This document shows, one piece after another, positions 1 to 10,188 of a DNA stretch of 64,000 nucleotides. The position numbers and the translations under genes are program-made. This stretch comes from a virus, in IMG/VR virus record IMGVR_UViG_3300009078_000075, positions 1-64,000 of that record; one strand, 5' to 3'. The stretch's first letter is position 1, and each line of letters starts with the position of its first letter. Below the pieces are notes generated by a model. The model worked only from the letters and a program-made list of their open reading frames with translations, was not told the origin of the DNA and made no database searches.

Positions 1-429
1 ACAATCTTTTTCAGACATATTCATATCAATTAATGGAAATTTAACAGGCCATTTACGTTTTAAAATTGTTTTAGATTGTGTTCTTTTTTTTTCATCAATT
101 GTAAAACCTATATATTCAATTTTGTCTCCCTTTATTTCATTTATAAATTTTTTACATGTGCTTATCTTACAATCAACACACCATCCACCTGAACCATGGG
201 GCCATCCATAAATCCGTAATAATTCATTAAAATGACGATAATATCTTAATCGTGTAATATATATATTTGTTTTTTCTTCTACTTGTTTTATATGTTTATC
301 CATTTGTGGAAAATCCCAACCACTTTCAAAATAAATAACATGTGTAATTGGAATATCATGTGTAAGTAATAAATGTAACATTGCAGTGGAATCTTTTCCA
401 CCTGAAAAGGAAACAATATGTTTATTCAT
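1..429 (-). CDS. Phosphoadenosine phosphosulfate (PAPS) reductase family protein, truncated by window edge
   Basis: Hand translation from ATG at 429: MNKHIVSFSGGKDSTAML...WC..CK...YIGFTIDEKKR...FPLID. Contains the SGGKDS PP-loop. Not in the ORF track because it runs off the window. Confidence 0.85.
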   Translation of the reverse strand, partial: MNKHIVSFSGGKDSTAMLHLLLTHDIPITHVIYFESGWDFPQMDKHIKQVEEKTNIYITRLRYYRHFNELLRIYGWPHGSGGWCVDCKISTCKKFINEIKGDKIEYIGFTIDEKKRTQSKTILKRKWPVKFPLIDMNMSEKDC

Positions 430-438
430 TATTTATAT

Positions 439-648
439 TCACTTTTTAGAAAAAAACATAAATTTAATAATTTTTATTGTGGTTGATATAAATAATATTT
501 CTAAAATTGTGCAAAAAATAACAATATAGGGTATTGATATAAATAACCACGATATTGTCAAGACGTTCATTAATTTCAATATTATTATTACATTTGTGAT
601 CAAAAAACCACATATAACAGCATATGCCCCTATAAATCCTTTTTTCAT
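439..648 (-). CDS. Small membrane protein
   Basis: Hydrophobic 69 aa. The LKL..V.TISW..I.IP motif is shared with 49449..49643. Confidence 0.6.
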   Translation of the reverse strand: MKKGFIGAYAVICGFLITNVIIILKLMNVLTISWLFISIPYIVIFCTILEILFISTTIKIIKFMFFSKK

Positions 649-669
649 ATCTAACCTTTCTTTATGATA

Positions 670-1248
670 TTAAGTGTTTTGTGTATATTTTTCGTATAAA
701 GAAGAAACCTTTTTAACATAATTCAATGTTTCTTTAAATCTTGGTACCCTTCCCAATTGTCTAACCTTTGTTTCCCCTGCATTATAAGCAGCAATTGTTT
801 TTTCAATGTCCCCATCAAATTTTTCAAGTAAATATTTTATGTATTGAGTTCCCGCTTGAATATTTTGATGGGGATCAAAAGGATCATCTACATTATATGT
901 ATTAGCAATTAAGGGCATAATCTGCATTAATCCCATTGCCCCTTTATTTGACGTTATTTTTGTTCGATAACTTGATTCAGTTTCCAATATTGCTAAAACT
1001 AAATGACGGGATACATTATGTTCTTCTGCCACATCCCGTACAATATTTTGAATCATCATCTTTGTACCACATTCAATAATTAATTGTTTTTTCTCTTTTT
1101 GAGGGGCAATTAATTCATAGTTAAATAATAATGTCCAATGGTAAATTTGTGCTCCGATATAAGTAAAAATAGCACATATAAAAATAAAAAATAGAATTGC
1201 AATAATTTCATTTTTTATCGATGGTTTATAATATTCAAGGGTTAACAT
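670..1248 (-). CDS. Lytic transglycosylase (SLT) with N-terminal membrane anchor
   Basis: ETESSY (catalytic Glu), GAMGLMQIMP, AAYNAGE and ETLNYV motifs; N-terminal TM helix. Confidence 0.9.
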   Translation of the reverse strand: MLTLEYYKPSIKNEIIAILFFIFICAIFTYIGAQIYHWTLLFNYELIAPQKEKKQLIIECGTKMMIQNIVRDVAEEHNVSRHLVLAILETESSYRTKITSNKGAMGLMQIMPLIANTYNVDDPFDPHQNIQAGTQYIKYLLEKFDGDIEKTIAAYNAGETKVRQLGRVPRFKETLNYVKKVSSLYEKYTQNT

Positions 1249-1283
1249 TTTTTTCTCCTTTGTTAAAGGTTTCTGTTTTCCCC

Positions 1284-1322
1284 CTCTATTATATATATCG
1301 ACACATATTACTTTTTTGATCG
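1284..1322 (-). promoter_or_regulatory. Repeated promoter class A (CGAT-N18-CGATATATATAATAGAG)
   Basis: One of six copies. Contains TATAAT and is followed by a conserved leader and an AGGAG RBS. Confidence 0.75.
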
Positions 1323-1334
1323 ATTAATTTTTTA

Positions 1335-1871
1335 TTATAAAGTATAAATTTCCTCTTTTAATTTATCTTTAATTAACTTATGTACTTTATTTTTTAATAA
1401 ATTAATGGTAAACAGGGACTTACCCATGACCTCCGCTATTTCATTTAATGAATAATCCTGTTCGTATCGTAGAAATACAAACATTTTTTCTTTTTCATTC
1501 AGTATATTATATATTATGTCAAATATTTTTTTATTATATTCTTTTTTTAGAACATTATCTTCATAATCTGTATTATCAATAATTGAAAGATCATTTATAT
1601 CAACTTTATTACAATCTTTTGTTACAAATGTATTTACTGCCGATAAAATCCGGCAATAAATACATTTTCGAGCGTAAGTAGCAAATGTTCCCTTACTTTC
1701 AATATAATGTTTTATTGCAAAAATTAATCCATCAATTCCCCCATCATATAAAATATCATATGGAATAAACTTAAATTTTGATGATAAATTATGAATTACA
1801 TAATGGACTAATTTACTGTTTAAATTAAAATACTCTTGCTGTTTATCCGTTAATTTTGTTTCCTTCTTCAT
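1335..1871 (-). CDS. Sigma-70-like RNA polymerase sigma factor
   Basis: Region 2-like (LVHYVI...GLIFAIKHY...KGTFATYA) and region 4 HTH (YSLNEIAEVMG). Confidence 0.75.
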   Translation of the reverse strand: MKKETKLTDKQQEYFNLNSKLVHYVIHNLSSKFKFIPYDILYDGGIDGLIFAIKHYIESKGTFATYARKCIYCRILSAVNTFVTKDCNKVDINDLSIIDNTDYEDNVLKKEYNKKIFDIIYNILNEKEKMFVFLRYEQDYSLNEIAEVMGKSLFTINLLKNKVHKLIKDKLKEEIYTL

Positions 1872-2289
1872 TACTCACTTCTTTTACTGATTCATCATTT
1901 GAGATTGAATTAGACTGCTCAACGGGAGAAGTATTTTCAGATTGAGATTCATTAATTTTTTCCATTTCCTCTTTTGTAAGGGGAATAAGCTCTACAATAA
2001 TTGATTTAGTTGATGTGTCTTTATATGATCGAATTTTTCCTTGATTATCTTTTACAAAATTCTTCATATCATCAATTGAAATTCTGACCCTATTATTTTC
2101 CTTATGAAGAAGGAAAGCTAAAATATTACCATTATTCATAAGGGATTGTTGAAGTTGCCCACAATATGCTTCAAGTTGCTGAATATAGGCTCTCCCCTGC
2201 TTTATTTGAAGAATTAATTCATTAACCTTTGCTTGCTCCTCTGAATTTCGACCGAGTATCGGGATACCATTCTTATCATATGCAGGCAT
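1843..2289 (-). CDS. Hypothetical protein
   Basis: 148-aa ORF in the operon, with RBS. Confidence 0.6.
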   Translation of the reverse strand: MPAYDKNGIPILGRNSEEQAKVNELILQIKQGRAYIQQLEAYCGQLQQSLMNNGNILAFLLHKENNRVRISIDDMKNFVKDNQGKIRSYKDTSTKSIIVELIPLTKEEMEKINESQSENTSPVEQSNSISNDESVKEVSNEEGNKING

Positions 2290-2316
2290 TTTTTTCTCCT
2301 CTTTTAAAAATAAAAA

Positions 2317-2604
2317 TTATTGTATATCAGATGATTCTGATAATCGTTTCTTCCTACCCGTTGCCAATTGTTTTCCCCGTTCTTTTCTCTTTTCAACACT
2401 TTCTTTATCCATTTTTATTGCCTTTTTCTTTTTAATTGTTCCATATGGCATATATGGATACAATGGGCACCCTGTAACTTCACAATCACAGGCACCATCT
2501 TCAAAAGATCCCATACATTCAGCACACTTAGCATATACTGATTGTTTCATCGATAAAGGTTCCCCTTTATTATACTTTTGTAATGCTTTTACTCCTATTG
2601 CCAT
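2317..2604 (-). CDS. Hypothetical Cys-rich phage protein
   Basis: CAECMG...CEVTGCPLYPY motif and basic tail. Confidence 0.6.
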   Translation of the reverse strand: MAIGVKALQKYNKGEPLSMKQSVYAKCAECMGSFEDGACDCEVTGCPLYPYMPYGTIKKKKAIKMDKESVEKRKERGKQLATGRKKRLSESSDIQ

Positions 2605-2795
2605 TTTTAATTATCCTTCTTTTTAAAAAATAAAAGACGATACCCAGTTTTTGAACATAAAGGCATATAAAAATTAATATTATCAATCCTCCATCCAAAA
2701 ATGTTTAAAAGATATATTAATGCATTTTCCATTCTTGCATTTATTGTATCCGTTTCATATTCAATTTTTAAATTTCTCATATATATATTATGTAT

Positions 2796-3395
2796 TTAAT
2801 ATCTAAAAATTGAATATTTTAAATAAATTTCGTATATTGATTTTACTGCCCAAAAATCAATTCCTTCCCTATATTTTATAAATAAAGATTTGGAATACAC
2901 TTCCGTGTATTTATTATATAATAAAAATGTTGGGAGTCCTAACTCAATTGATATCGTACAACCATGAGGGGCATCATCAATCCAATAATTTATTTTTTCT
3001 TCAATCATTTTTTCTTTTTTATCAGTTACATTTTTTACTAAAATTAATTTATCAATTAAATTTGGAAAAAACCTATTTATAATTTCTTCTGTTTGTTTTC
3101 TAATTTTCTCGGATCTTGCCGTTATTACTATAATTTTATGTCCTTCTTCTTTAAAATGAAGAAGGGCATCAATAGTGTATATATCGGTTATTATATTTTC
3201 TGGTCCCATAAAATAGGGATCTTCTATTAATTCTTCAACCCTATTTTTAAATTCCTGTGGAAAATTTGACCAAAAGTAATCAATTTGTTGAGGAAGATCC
3301 TTTTCTTTTATTTTAAAATCCATTGCAATTTGTTTTTTGAATCCTGTTAAAAATTCAATTAAAGTTCCATCTAAATCAATTCCAATATTACTCAT
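2796..3395 (-). CDS. HAD-family 5'(3')-deoxyribonucleotidase
   Basis: DLDGTL, ITAR and WIDDAP HAD motifs. Start moved to MSNIG. Confidence 0.85.
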   Translation of the reverse strand: MSNIGIDLDGTLIEFLTGFKKQIAMDFKIKEKDLPQQIDYFWSNFPQEFKNRVEELIEDPYFMGPENIITDIYTIDALLHFKEEGHKIIVITARSEKIRKQTEEIINRFFPNLIDKLILVKNVTDKKEKMIEEKINYWIDDAPHGCTISIELGLPTFLLYNKYTEVYSKSLFIKYREGIDFWAVKSIYEIYLKYSIFRY

Positions 3396-3396
3396 T

Positions 3397-4164
3397 TTAT
3401 TCCCCAATTATTTTAAAATTTTGTTCTTTATGAGTTAATATTTTTGCAACTTCCCAACAATGGTCATATAAGTGTAATCCTTTACTACTTGCAAAGGTTT
3501 GTCCTGGTGATACATTTAATTCATCTGCCATCATTTCTTTCAATATTTGAAAGGCAGCAAGGTTAAGGGGAAGTCCCCCCCATAAATCCCAGGATCGAAA
3601 ATATAAAAACATATTTAATCGATTTCCTTTCATATTAAAATCGATAATCCTACAACATGGAGGATCATTAAGTATAATATCAGACGGGATTCCAATGGTG
3701 GTACAACATTGATTTGTATTTTTTGTTTTTTTAAGTTTTTTTATCACATTTTGTATTTGATTTGTTTTTCTATTTTTAAAAATTTCATATTTTATATCTG
3801 ATTGTATTTCACCTTTTTCTAAATTAATAAAATTACCAAGATCTGAAAATAATCTTTCCCCATATGTATAAATTGTATTTTTTGGTTTATAGGTAGTAAT
3901 AATATAATTTAAATATTGTTCTAAAAACTCATTATCAAATGGAGGAGGAGTTTTAATAGTTTCAGGCATTACTATAAATGGCCTTGTTTCTGGAAAAGTT
4001 ATTTGAAATGAAAGAAAATCATATTCAAGACGTTTTTGTCCGATATATGATCCTTCTTCAATTATATAGGTTAAATTTGTTTTACTTCCTAAATTTAAAA
4101 GTAAACTCATTGCTTGGAACCATAAATCATTTATTGTTACTGCTTTTATTGTTTGTATTTTCAT
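3397..4164 (-). CDS. thyA: Thymidylate synthase family protein
   Basis: YTYGERL, DPPC (catalytic Cys), FRSWDLWGGLPLN and GLHLY motifs. Confidence 0.8.
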   Translation of the reverse strand: MKIQTIKAVTINDLWFQAMSLLLNLGSKTNLTYIIEEGSYIGQKRLEYDFLSFQITFPETRPFIVMPETIKTPPPFDNEFLEQYLNYIITTYKPKNTIYTYGERLFSDLGNFINLEKGEIQSDIKYEIFKNRKTNQIQNVIKKLKKTKNTNQCCTTIGIPSDIILNDPPCCRIIDFNMKGNRLNMFLYFRSWDLWGGLPLNLAAFQILKEMMADELNVSPGQTFASSKGLHLYDHCWEVAKILTHKEQNFKIIGE

Positions 4165-5030
4165 TATCTTATCCTTTCAATATGTGTATTTGATTTCCCC
4201 CAGTATGAATTTTCATTTAATAGAGCATTTATTGAACATTTCCAACCGATTGGTTTATTAATCGATTCTTGTTGAAGTATTTTCCATTTTGCTAAAATAT
4301 CTTCATGTCCTGAATACCAATCATTTTTAAATTCAACATCCTGTTTAAAATAATAGGCATAATGATCAAATTTTTGATTTAATAATATACCTTTATCAGT
4401 GTCAATTAATATAGGGGGCTCATGTTGTTTAAATTTTGTAAAATTCCATATCCATAATCTTCGATATGGTAGTAATTTTCCTTCCCCCCATTCCCCTTTT
4501 GCCTGTAAATTTACACCTACCCAATAATTACAAAGGAATTCCCCCATTGTATTTCCGGAAATAATCAAATCATTTTCCGCTTGTTCAATTGATGGTAAAT
4601 CCCATTGCTCATCAATATCGATTTCCCATAAAAATATTTTTTCTTTTCTTTGTGATTTATAATTATAATTATATTTACCTAAATAATAATGAAGAAGAAC
4701 ATTTATACACGAATTAACTTGATCATCTTTTGAATGCCAAAATTTTGTATTGTTATCAATATAACTGTTATTAAATGTATAATGATTTGATAAAAAAACA
4801 TTCTCATTATTATTACAAAGTTCTTCTAAAAATTTAACAGTTCCATCAACTGAATGTCCTTTATTATGATATTTATCGGGCATTTTTTTACACCAATTAG
4901 TAGATCCCTGTGAAAGACTCGCCCCTTCTGCAATAATCCATAAATCAAAATTTTTTGTAATAAAATCATAATAATTGTCATGTAATAAATGATGTTTCCC
5001 ATTTAAAATAATTGAAAAGGCAACTCTCAT
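4164..5030 (-). CDS. Putative glycosyltransferase (GT-A-like)
   Basis: HSVDGT motif and WEIDIDEQW DxD motif. Confidence 0.55.
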   Translation of the reverse strand: MRVAFSIILNGKHHLLHDNYYDFITKNFDLWIIAEGASLSQGSTNWCKKMPDKYHNKGHSVDGTVKFLEELCNNNENVFLSNHYTFNNSYIDNNTKFWHSKDDQVNSCINVLLHYYLGKYNYNYKSQRKEKIFLWEIDIDEQWDLPSIEQAENDLIISGNTMGEFLCNYWVGVNLQAKGEWGEGKLLPYRRLWIWNFTKFKQHEPPILIDTDKGILLNQKFDHYAYYFKQDVEFKNDWYSGHEDILAKWKILQQESINKPIGWKCSINALLNENSYWGKSNTHIERIR

Positions 5031-5665
5031 AATGACTCCTTTAATTTTTTATATTCTTTATTTGTTACCATTTTATTTCTTAATTTTCTAATTGCTTGAT
5101 CATGTATTTGTCTTATACGTTCCCTTGTCAAATTAAGGACATTTCCTATTTCTTGGTTATTTGATGATTCATTTCTATTAATTCCATAACACATTTTTAT
5201 TACTATTTGTTCTTTTTCTGTAAGAGTATTTATATACCTTTGTAAATGAATAGACATTTCATTATTATTTATTCGTTCCTCAACCAAATCAATTGGAAAC
5301 ATTTTATCTTGTAGATTAAGTGAATCCTCAAAATTTTCAATTTTTTCTCTAAAATATAAATCTTCTTGCCGGTCATTTTCAAATTCAGGAATTCTTATTG
5401 AAACATATGGAAATTTATTATATTTCCTCCTCCATTTTATAGCCCTAAGAATTTCAAAATTCATACATTTATACATCCATGTTGCTAATTTAATTCCTTC
5501 ATTCTTATCAAAAGATTCAATTGCTTTTATCATCCCTATTGATGCCACTTGAAAATAATCCTGTTTATCAAAAATTGAATTTGTTGTAAAATGACTAATT
5601 ACATTCCAAATTAAACCGATATGATCAAGAATAATCTCATTTCTTTTTTCAATTGTTATTTTCAT
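5027..5665 (-). CDS. Sigma-70 family RNA polymerase sigma factor
   Basis: DYFQVASIGMIKAIESFD..GIKLATW (region 2) and EIGNVLNLTRERIRQIHDQAIRKLR (region 4.2). Confidence 0.9.
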   Translation of the reverse strand: MKITIEKRNEIILDHIGLIWNVISHFTTNSIFDKQDYFQVASIGMIKAIESFDKNEGIKLATWMYKCMNFEILRAIKWRRKYNKFPYVSIRIPEFENDRQEDLYFREKIENFEDSLNLQDKMFPIDLVEERINNNEMSIHLQRYINTLTEKEQIVIKMCYGINRNESSNNQEIGNVLNLTRERIRQIHDQAIRKLRNKMVTNKEYKKLKESL

Positions 5666-5673
5666 ATTTTTAA

Positions 5674-6432
5674 TTACTCTTCTTTATTCGGGGTATGTAT
5701 TATTGTTAATCTTGCTTCTTTGTCCCATATTTCGTTGTATAAAATTGTTGAATTTATATGACTATAAAAATAATTTTCATCTAATGAAGTAAAATGATTT
5801 AACCAATCCCCTATTATCCCTTTTCTCGGGAAAATCCCACTTCCATTAAACAAAAGAGGTCTTGTTTTTTTGTGTACCGGGGATTCATCTATAAATTCAC
5901 TAATTCTATTAATTATTTTTGAAAAATAAATGTATAAATCATCATAAGTAATTATCAATGCAGATGCTTTTTTTGCATTCATTACCCATGAAATTACATG
6001 AGTTTCCCATCTTTGTATCATATTTTCAGATTTAATTTTTGAATAAGCATTATCAAATGAATAATTTGTTGGATTTTTCATCATTAAATCAGTAACCGTT
6101 TTTGAAAATGGAAATTCACATGAATTAGCATCATTAAAATAGTAATGCCATGAAACCATTGAATCTTTTCCTTCTCTCATAATATAAATTATATTAAATT
6201 TTTCTTTTACAATATCAATAATTGGTTCAAAAAATTCAAACTGGTGATGACTCTTAATTATATTATGTCCGGAGGGCTCATATTTTTTTAAAAATTTTTC
6301 AAATTTTTTTTGTTCCCCATTTGCAGGGATATCAATTCTTTTTTTATTAAATTTTGGAAAATTCCATATAATACTATCTATAAGAAAATGTGTTCCTGCT
6401 CTTTCACATGATACAATCATTAAATCTTTCAT
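5674..6432 (-). CDS. Sulfotransferase domain protein
   Basis: SCERAGTHFL (5'-PSB loop), IKSH, YIMREGKDSMVS (3'-PB), RKGIIGDW. Confidence 0.85.
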   Translation of the reverse strand: MKDLMIVSCERAGTHFLIDSIIWNFPKFNKKRIDIPANGEQKKFEKFLKKYEPSGHNIIKSHHQFEFFEPIIDIVKEKFNIIYIMREGKDSMVSWHYYFNDANSCEFPFSKTVTDLMMKNPTNYSFDNAYSKIKSENMIQRWETHVISWVMNAKKASALIITYDDLYIYFSKIINRISEFIDESPVHKKTRPLLFNGSGIFPRKGIIGDWLNHFTSLDENYFYSHINSTILYNEIWDKEARLTIIHTPNKEE

Positions 6433-6434
6433 AT

Positions 6435-9077
6435 TTATAACTCCTTATAAAAATTGGAAATAGGATACATTTTTGCCCAGTTACCATTTATTTCAGAGCA
6501 TTCAATTTCAATATCTAATGGGACAATAATCCATTCCCATTCCTTTCTTATATCCTCACACATTATTTTTCTTATAATTGGTACCAATTCCATCGTTTCA
6601 TTTGGAACCATGTCAAAAATAATACTATCGTGTATTTGAGCAACAATTTTACTTTTATATTTATTTTGTCTCAAAAATTTATTTATTGTTATTAAAGATT
6701 TTAATAAACAATGGAAAGCCGTCCCTTGTATTGGATAGTTAAGCACATTATTTTTTCTCATTATCCCAGTACATTCAAATCCTGATAATAAGGAAACTTT
6801 CCCCGTACTAAGATAATTTTGCCATGTTTCCTCTTTCCATTGTGTATATACTTTAAATTTTTGCTTCCAAAAAATTTCTTCACATTTTCTTACATGCTCT
6901 TCAAAATCATAATAATCAAAAATACCGTATTTTTCTAAATGTTTTATAACTAATATTCCATCAGCAGTTTTTTCATTTTGAATTGAGTTCCATAAATTTG
7001 GGGCACACTGTTTATAATACGATCCATAAAATTGTGGAAAAACCCACTCATTTTTGGTGATGTATCTTAATTTTTTTGTTACTTGTTGTTTATCTAATTT
7101 AAATAAAGATGCAGCTTCATCTCGATGCATATCAGTAGTTGGATCTTGTATATAATTAATCATTAAAGGATCATGATGATAACATGCACTAAAACGTACT
7201 TCAATTCCACTATAATCAACTTCCATTAAAAAATTTCCCGTTGATGGGATAAATCCGCTTCTTATAAGATATAATAATAATTTATCCCTTTTTGGTATAT
7301 TCTGAATATTTGGATTTAATGAATTGGATCTGTATGTTCGGGCAGTATCTAAATTAAGAAAAAAATGAATAACCCCATCAATTGATTCTTTTAATATATT
7401 GGAAATATATGTTTCATTTGCCTTTGAAAATCTTCTTAAATTTAATAAATCTGAACAAAAGGGGGAATCAATTTTTTCGAGGACTTCTTTATCAACGGAA
7501 TAATTTCCTTTGGTCGTTTCTTTTGTTTTTTCATAATGTAAAATTGTATTAAACAAATTTATAAGTTGGGGATCAGAATTTGGATTAAATTTTATATCGG
7601 GGTGAATTTCATTCCATTTTATAATTTCATCACTTTCCTGAATCCTTTCCCCTATTTTTTTAATTCTATTATCTAAATACCCTTGTTGTTCTATAAAGTA
7701 ATCATAATTTGTACTAATCCCATTTCTTTCAACATATGCAAGTTCAATATTTCCCTGTGTAAATAAATCAATTCCTTTTTTAAGAACAGGATTTTTTTCA
7801 ATTTCTACTAATTGTTTTTCATATTCTCGAAATTCATACATTGAATCCAATCCACAATATAATAATACCTTTTCAGGATTTTTTTCAAAGAATTCCTTCA
7901 TCCTATTAAATCCATTACATCCGTATTTTTCTTCTTCTTCAATAGGGGAACTAATATAAGGGTGAACATCATCATCATATCCGGTTACCCCAAAATCAAC
8001 ATATGTCCTAAATTTTAATCCCGTAGTACTGGGACGATTGTCAAGAATATGTGCTGAAGTTTTTGTGTCAAATAACCATGGGGATACTTCATGGCCACAA
8101 ATTACATTTGTCCATGTATCTTCAAATTTTAAATTTTGTGCTCCTTTTTGTATTTGTTCAGATTGAAGAACCTGCTGATATAAAAAACGAAATTCATCAT
8201 CTTTAAAAAATGGAAAAGCAGTTGCATTATAAGGTCCCGTTGAAATAGAAACACAAATTATTTCATGTCCTTTTCGATACGGCTTTAACCCGGTAGTTTC
8301 ATAATCAAAAAATATAACCGGAGGTTTTTCAAAAAGAAGTTTATTTAAATAATTCTTTGCATCTGATAAATTTAAAATTATTGAAATTTTTTCTTTATCA
8401 TTACTAAAATCAGGAAAAGGGACATCCCAAAAAATTGCCTCTTTTAAATGTTGAATAAATAATTTTTCAGCAGGGGGAGAACAGTTTGCAAATTGCTTTT
8501 CTTCTTTTTGGCGAAGAATAAAAGAAGGATGATACATTGGAAAAATCCATGTTTTTAATGTTTGATCAGGAATTTTCCATCCAACCCATTTTGATATTTT
8601 CCCAACACTATCAATATAATTTCCAATAACTGAATCAAGGGCCTCTTGTCCAAATAATATTATTTTTTTTGGTTGAAGTTCTTTTATTGCATCAAACAAA
8701 AATGGGCGACAACATTTTACATGTTTATTTGTTACCGAATCCATATAAGGAGAACATTTAATGGCATTATCTTTCCATCCATCCCGATCAAGCGAAAAAT
8801 GAAAAGATTTTAAAATTGATCGAAGATATTGCCCTGTAATTCCAATGAATTGTTCATTTTGATTGTCTTCAATAGGACCAGGGAATTGTCCAATAAATAA
8901 AATTCCCTTTTCACCAAGTCCGGTATAGGACATTTTGGGGGATTTACATACTAAATTTAATTTACATGACTCACATGAATACGTTCCTTTTTTTTCTTTT
9001 ACTGCACTTGGTCCCTTTTCTGTATTATTATTTCCCTGCTGTAGTTTTTTAGTTACCTGATCACTATCAAAAAACAT
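6435..9077 (-). CDS. polA: Family A DNA polymerase with N-terminal family-4 UDG-like domain and 3'-5' exonuclease
   Basis: UDG-like CESCKL..C/GQFPG/YHPS; Exo DYETTGL, NLKFE, YCGLD; Pol motifs DYSGIEVR, R...K...FPQFYG, IHDS. Confidence 0.92.
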   Translation of the reverse strand: MFFDSDQVTKKLQQGNNNTEKGPSAVKEKKGTYSCESCKLNLVCKSPKMSYTGLGEKGILFIGQFPGPIEDNQNEQFIGITGQYLRSILKSFHFSLDRDGWKDNAIKCSPYMDSVTNKHVKCCRPFLFDAIKELQPKKIILFGQEALDSVIGNYIDSVGKISKWVGWKIPDQTLKTWIFPMYHPSFILRQKEEKQFANCSPPAEKLFIQHLKEAIFWDVPFPDFSNDKEKISIILNLSDAKNYLNKLLFEKPPVIFFDYETTGLKPYRKGHEIICVSISTGPYNATAFPFFKDDEFRFLYQQVLQSEQIQKGAQNLKFEDTWTNVICGHEVSPWLFDTKTSAHILDNRPSTTGLKFRTYVDFGVTGYDDDVHPYISSPIEEEEKYGCNGFNRMKEFFEKNPEKVLLYCGLDSMYEFREYEKQLVEIEKNPVLKKGIDLFTQGNIELAYVERNGISTNYDYFIEQQGYLDNRIKKIGERIQESDEIIKWNEIHPDIKFNPNSDPQLINLFNTILHYEKTKETTKGNYSVDKEVLEKIDSPFCSDLLNLRRFSKANETYISNILKESIDGVIHFFLNLDTARTYRSNSLNPNIQNIPKRDKLLLYLIRSGFIPSTGNFLMEVDYSGIEVRFSACYHHDPLMINYIQDPTTDMHRDEAASLFKLDKQQVTKKLRYITKNEWVFPQFYGSYYKQCAPNLWNSIQNEKTADGILVIKHLEKYGIFDYYDFEEHVRKCEEIFWKQKFKVYTQWKEETWQNYLSTGKVSLLSGFECTGIMRKNNVLNYPIQGTAFHCLLKSLITINKFLRQNKYKSKIVAQIHDSIIFDMVPNETMELVPIIRKIMCEDIRKEWEWIIVPLDIEIECSEINGNWAKMYPISNFYKEL

Positions 9078-9078
9078 A

Positions 9079-10179
9079 TTATTTATTATCTAAATATGAA
9101 TTTAGTAAACACACACTGTATTTAAAATTACTCCCAATAAAAATAATTCTATTGTCACATAAAAGAACCTTTAATTCATTACATTTATTTTTCATATTTT
9201 TTAGTAAAATCGGATTTATATAAAATCTAAAATCCTTTACATTAAGATTTTTTTCTAATGAATAACAAGATGATCCTATCTTATTAGATATTGATTTACA
9301 TTCAATTAGAAATTTACCATTATAAGTGATAAGGACATTATAATACGGATTTAATTCATCCGCTTGATCATGAGAACAAATAACAACTGAATTTAGTATT
9401 TCAATAAATTCGTCAGAAATAAGTTGAGAAATATCAATAGCATTTTCATCAATATTTTCAACAAGACCAATAATTGTCTCATATTCTTCATCTGATAATG
9501 ATTCAATTCCATGTCTAAAACTTATGCAACTTACAATTCCTTTATAATCAGGTCCATTTTTCATTAAATGAATCCATCCCGATTCATTTGATTTATAATA
9601 ATATGTAGGGGAAATCTTTTTTATTGGATCAACTAAATTTACCGGAATTTGCATTTGTGTAATTTGTTTTGATAAATTTATTTTACAAACACTAAAAGTT
9701 GATCCCGAAAACATAACATCATCCTTTATATTAACACAAATAAGTCCCTTTTGCTGAATATCCTTACTTGCAGATGAGGCCGCCATTGATAATAAAGTAG
9801 TAAAATTATCGGGCAATTCTTCAAATAACGTTTGATTAAAATCGAAATCAATATTAAATTCATTTTTTATCTTTTTCATCAATAATTTAAAACAAAGGGT
9901 ATTTGAAATTGATGAAATGATTAAATTATTTTCCTCAACTGAAAGAACAATTTCATCATAAGGAAAAGTACTTAATATATTATTAAGATACGATGCCTTT
10001 ACTATCCCTTCAATCCCTGTGTTAAAAATAACATAACAGGCGGTGGTGTCTTTGTGTGTTTTTATTACATCCTTTGAAAAAAAATAACAATCAGATCCCG
10101 CTACAACATCTTTATCTGTTACTGCCAAACTTGCAATATTTAAAGCTTCAATTAATTGTTTTTTATTAATGGTATTCAT
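9079..10179 (-). CDS. Putative sliding clamp (DNA Pol III beta-like)
   Basis: 366 aa (beta-clamp size). N-terminus INKKQLIEALNIA, C-terminal FYINPILL; adjacent to the polymerase. Confidence 0.65.
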   Translation of the reverse strand: MNTINKKQLIEALNIASLAVTDKDVVAGSDCYFFSKDVIKTHKDTTACYVIFNTGIEGIVKASYLNNILSTFPYDEIVLSVEENNLIISSISNTLCFKLLMKKIKNEFNIDFDFNQTLFEELPDNFTTLLSMAASSASKDIQQKGLICVNIKDDVMFSGSTFSVCKINLSKQITQMQIPVNLVDPIKKISPTYYYKSNESGWIHLMKNGPDYKGIVSCISFRHGIESLSDEEYETIIGLVENIDENAIDISQLISDEFIEILNSVVICSHDQADELNPYYNVLITYNGKFLIECKSISNKIGSSCYSLEKNLNVKDFRFYINPILLKNMKNKCNELKVLLCDNRIIFIGSNFKYSVCLLNSYLDNK

Positions 10180-10188
10180 AAATTCTCC

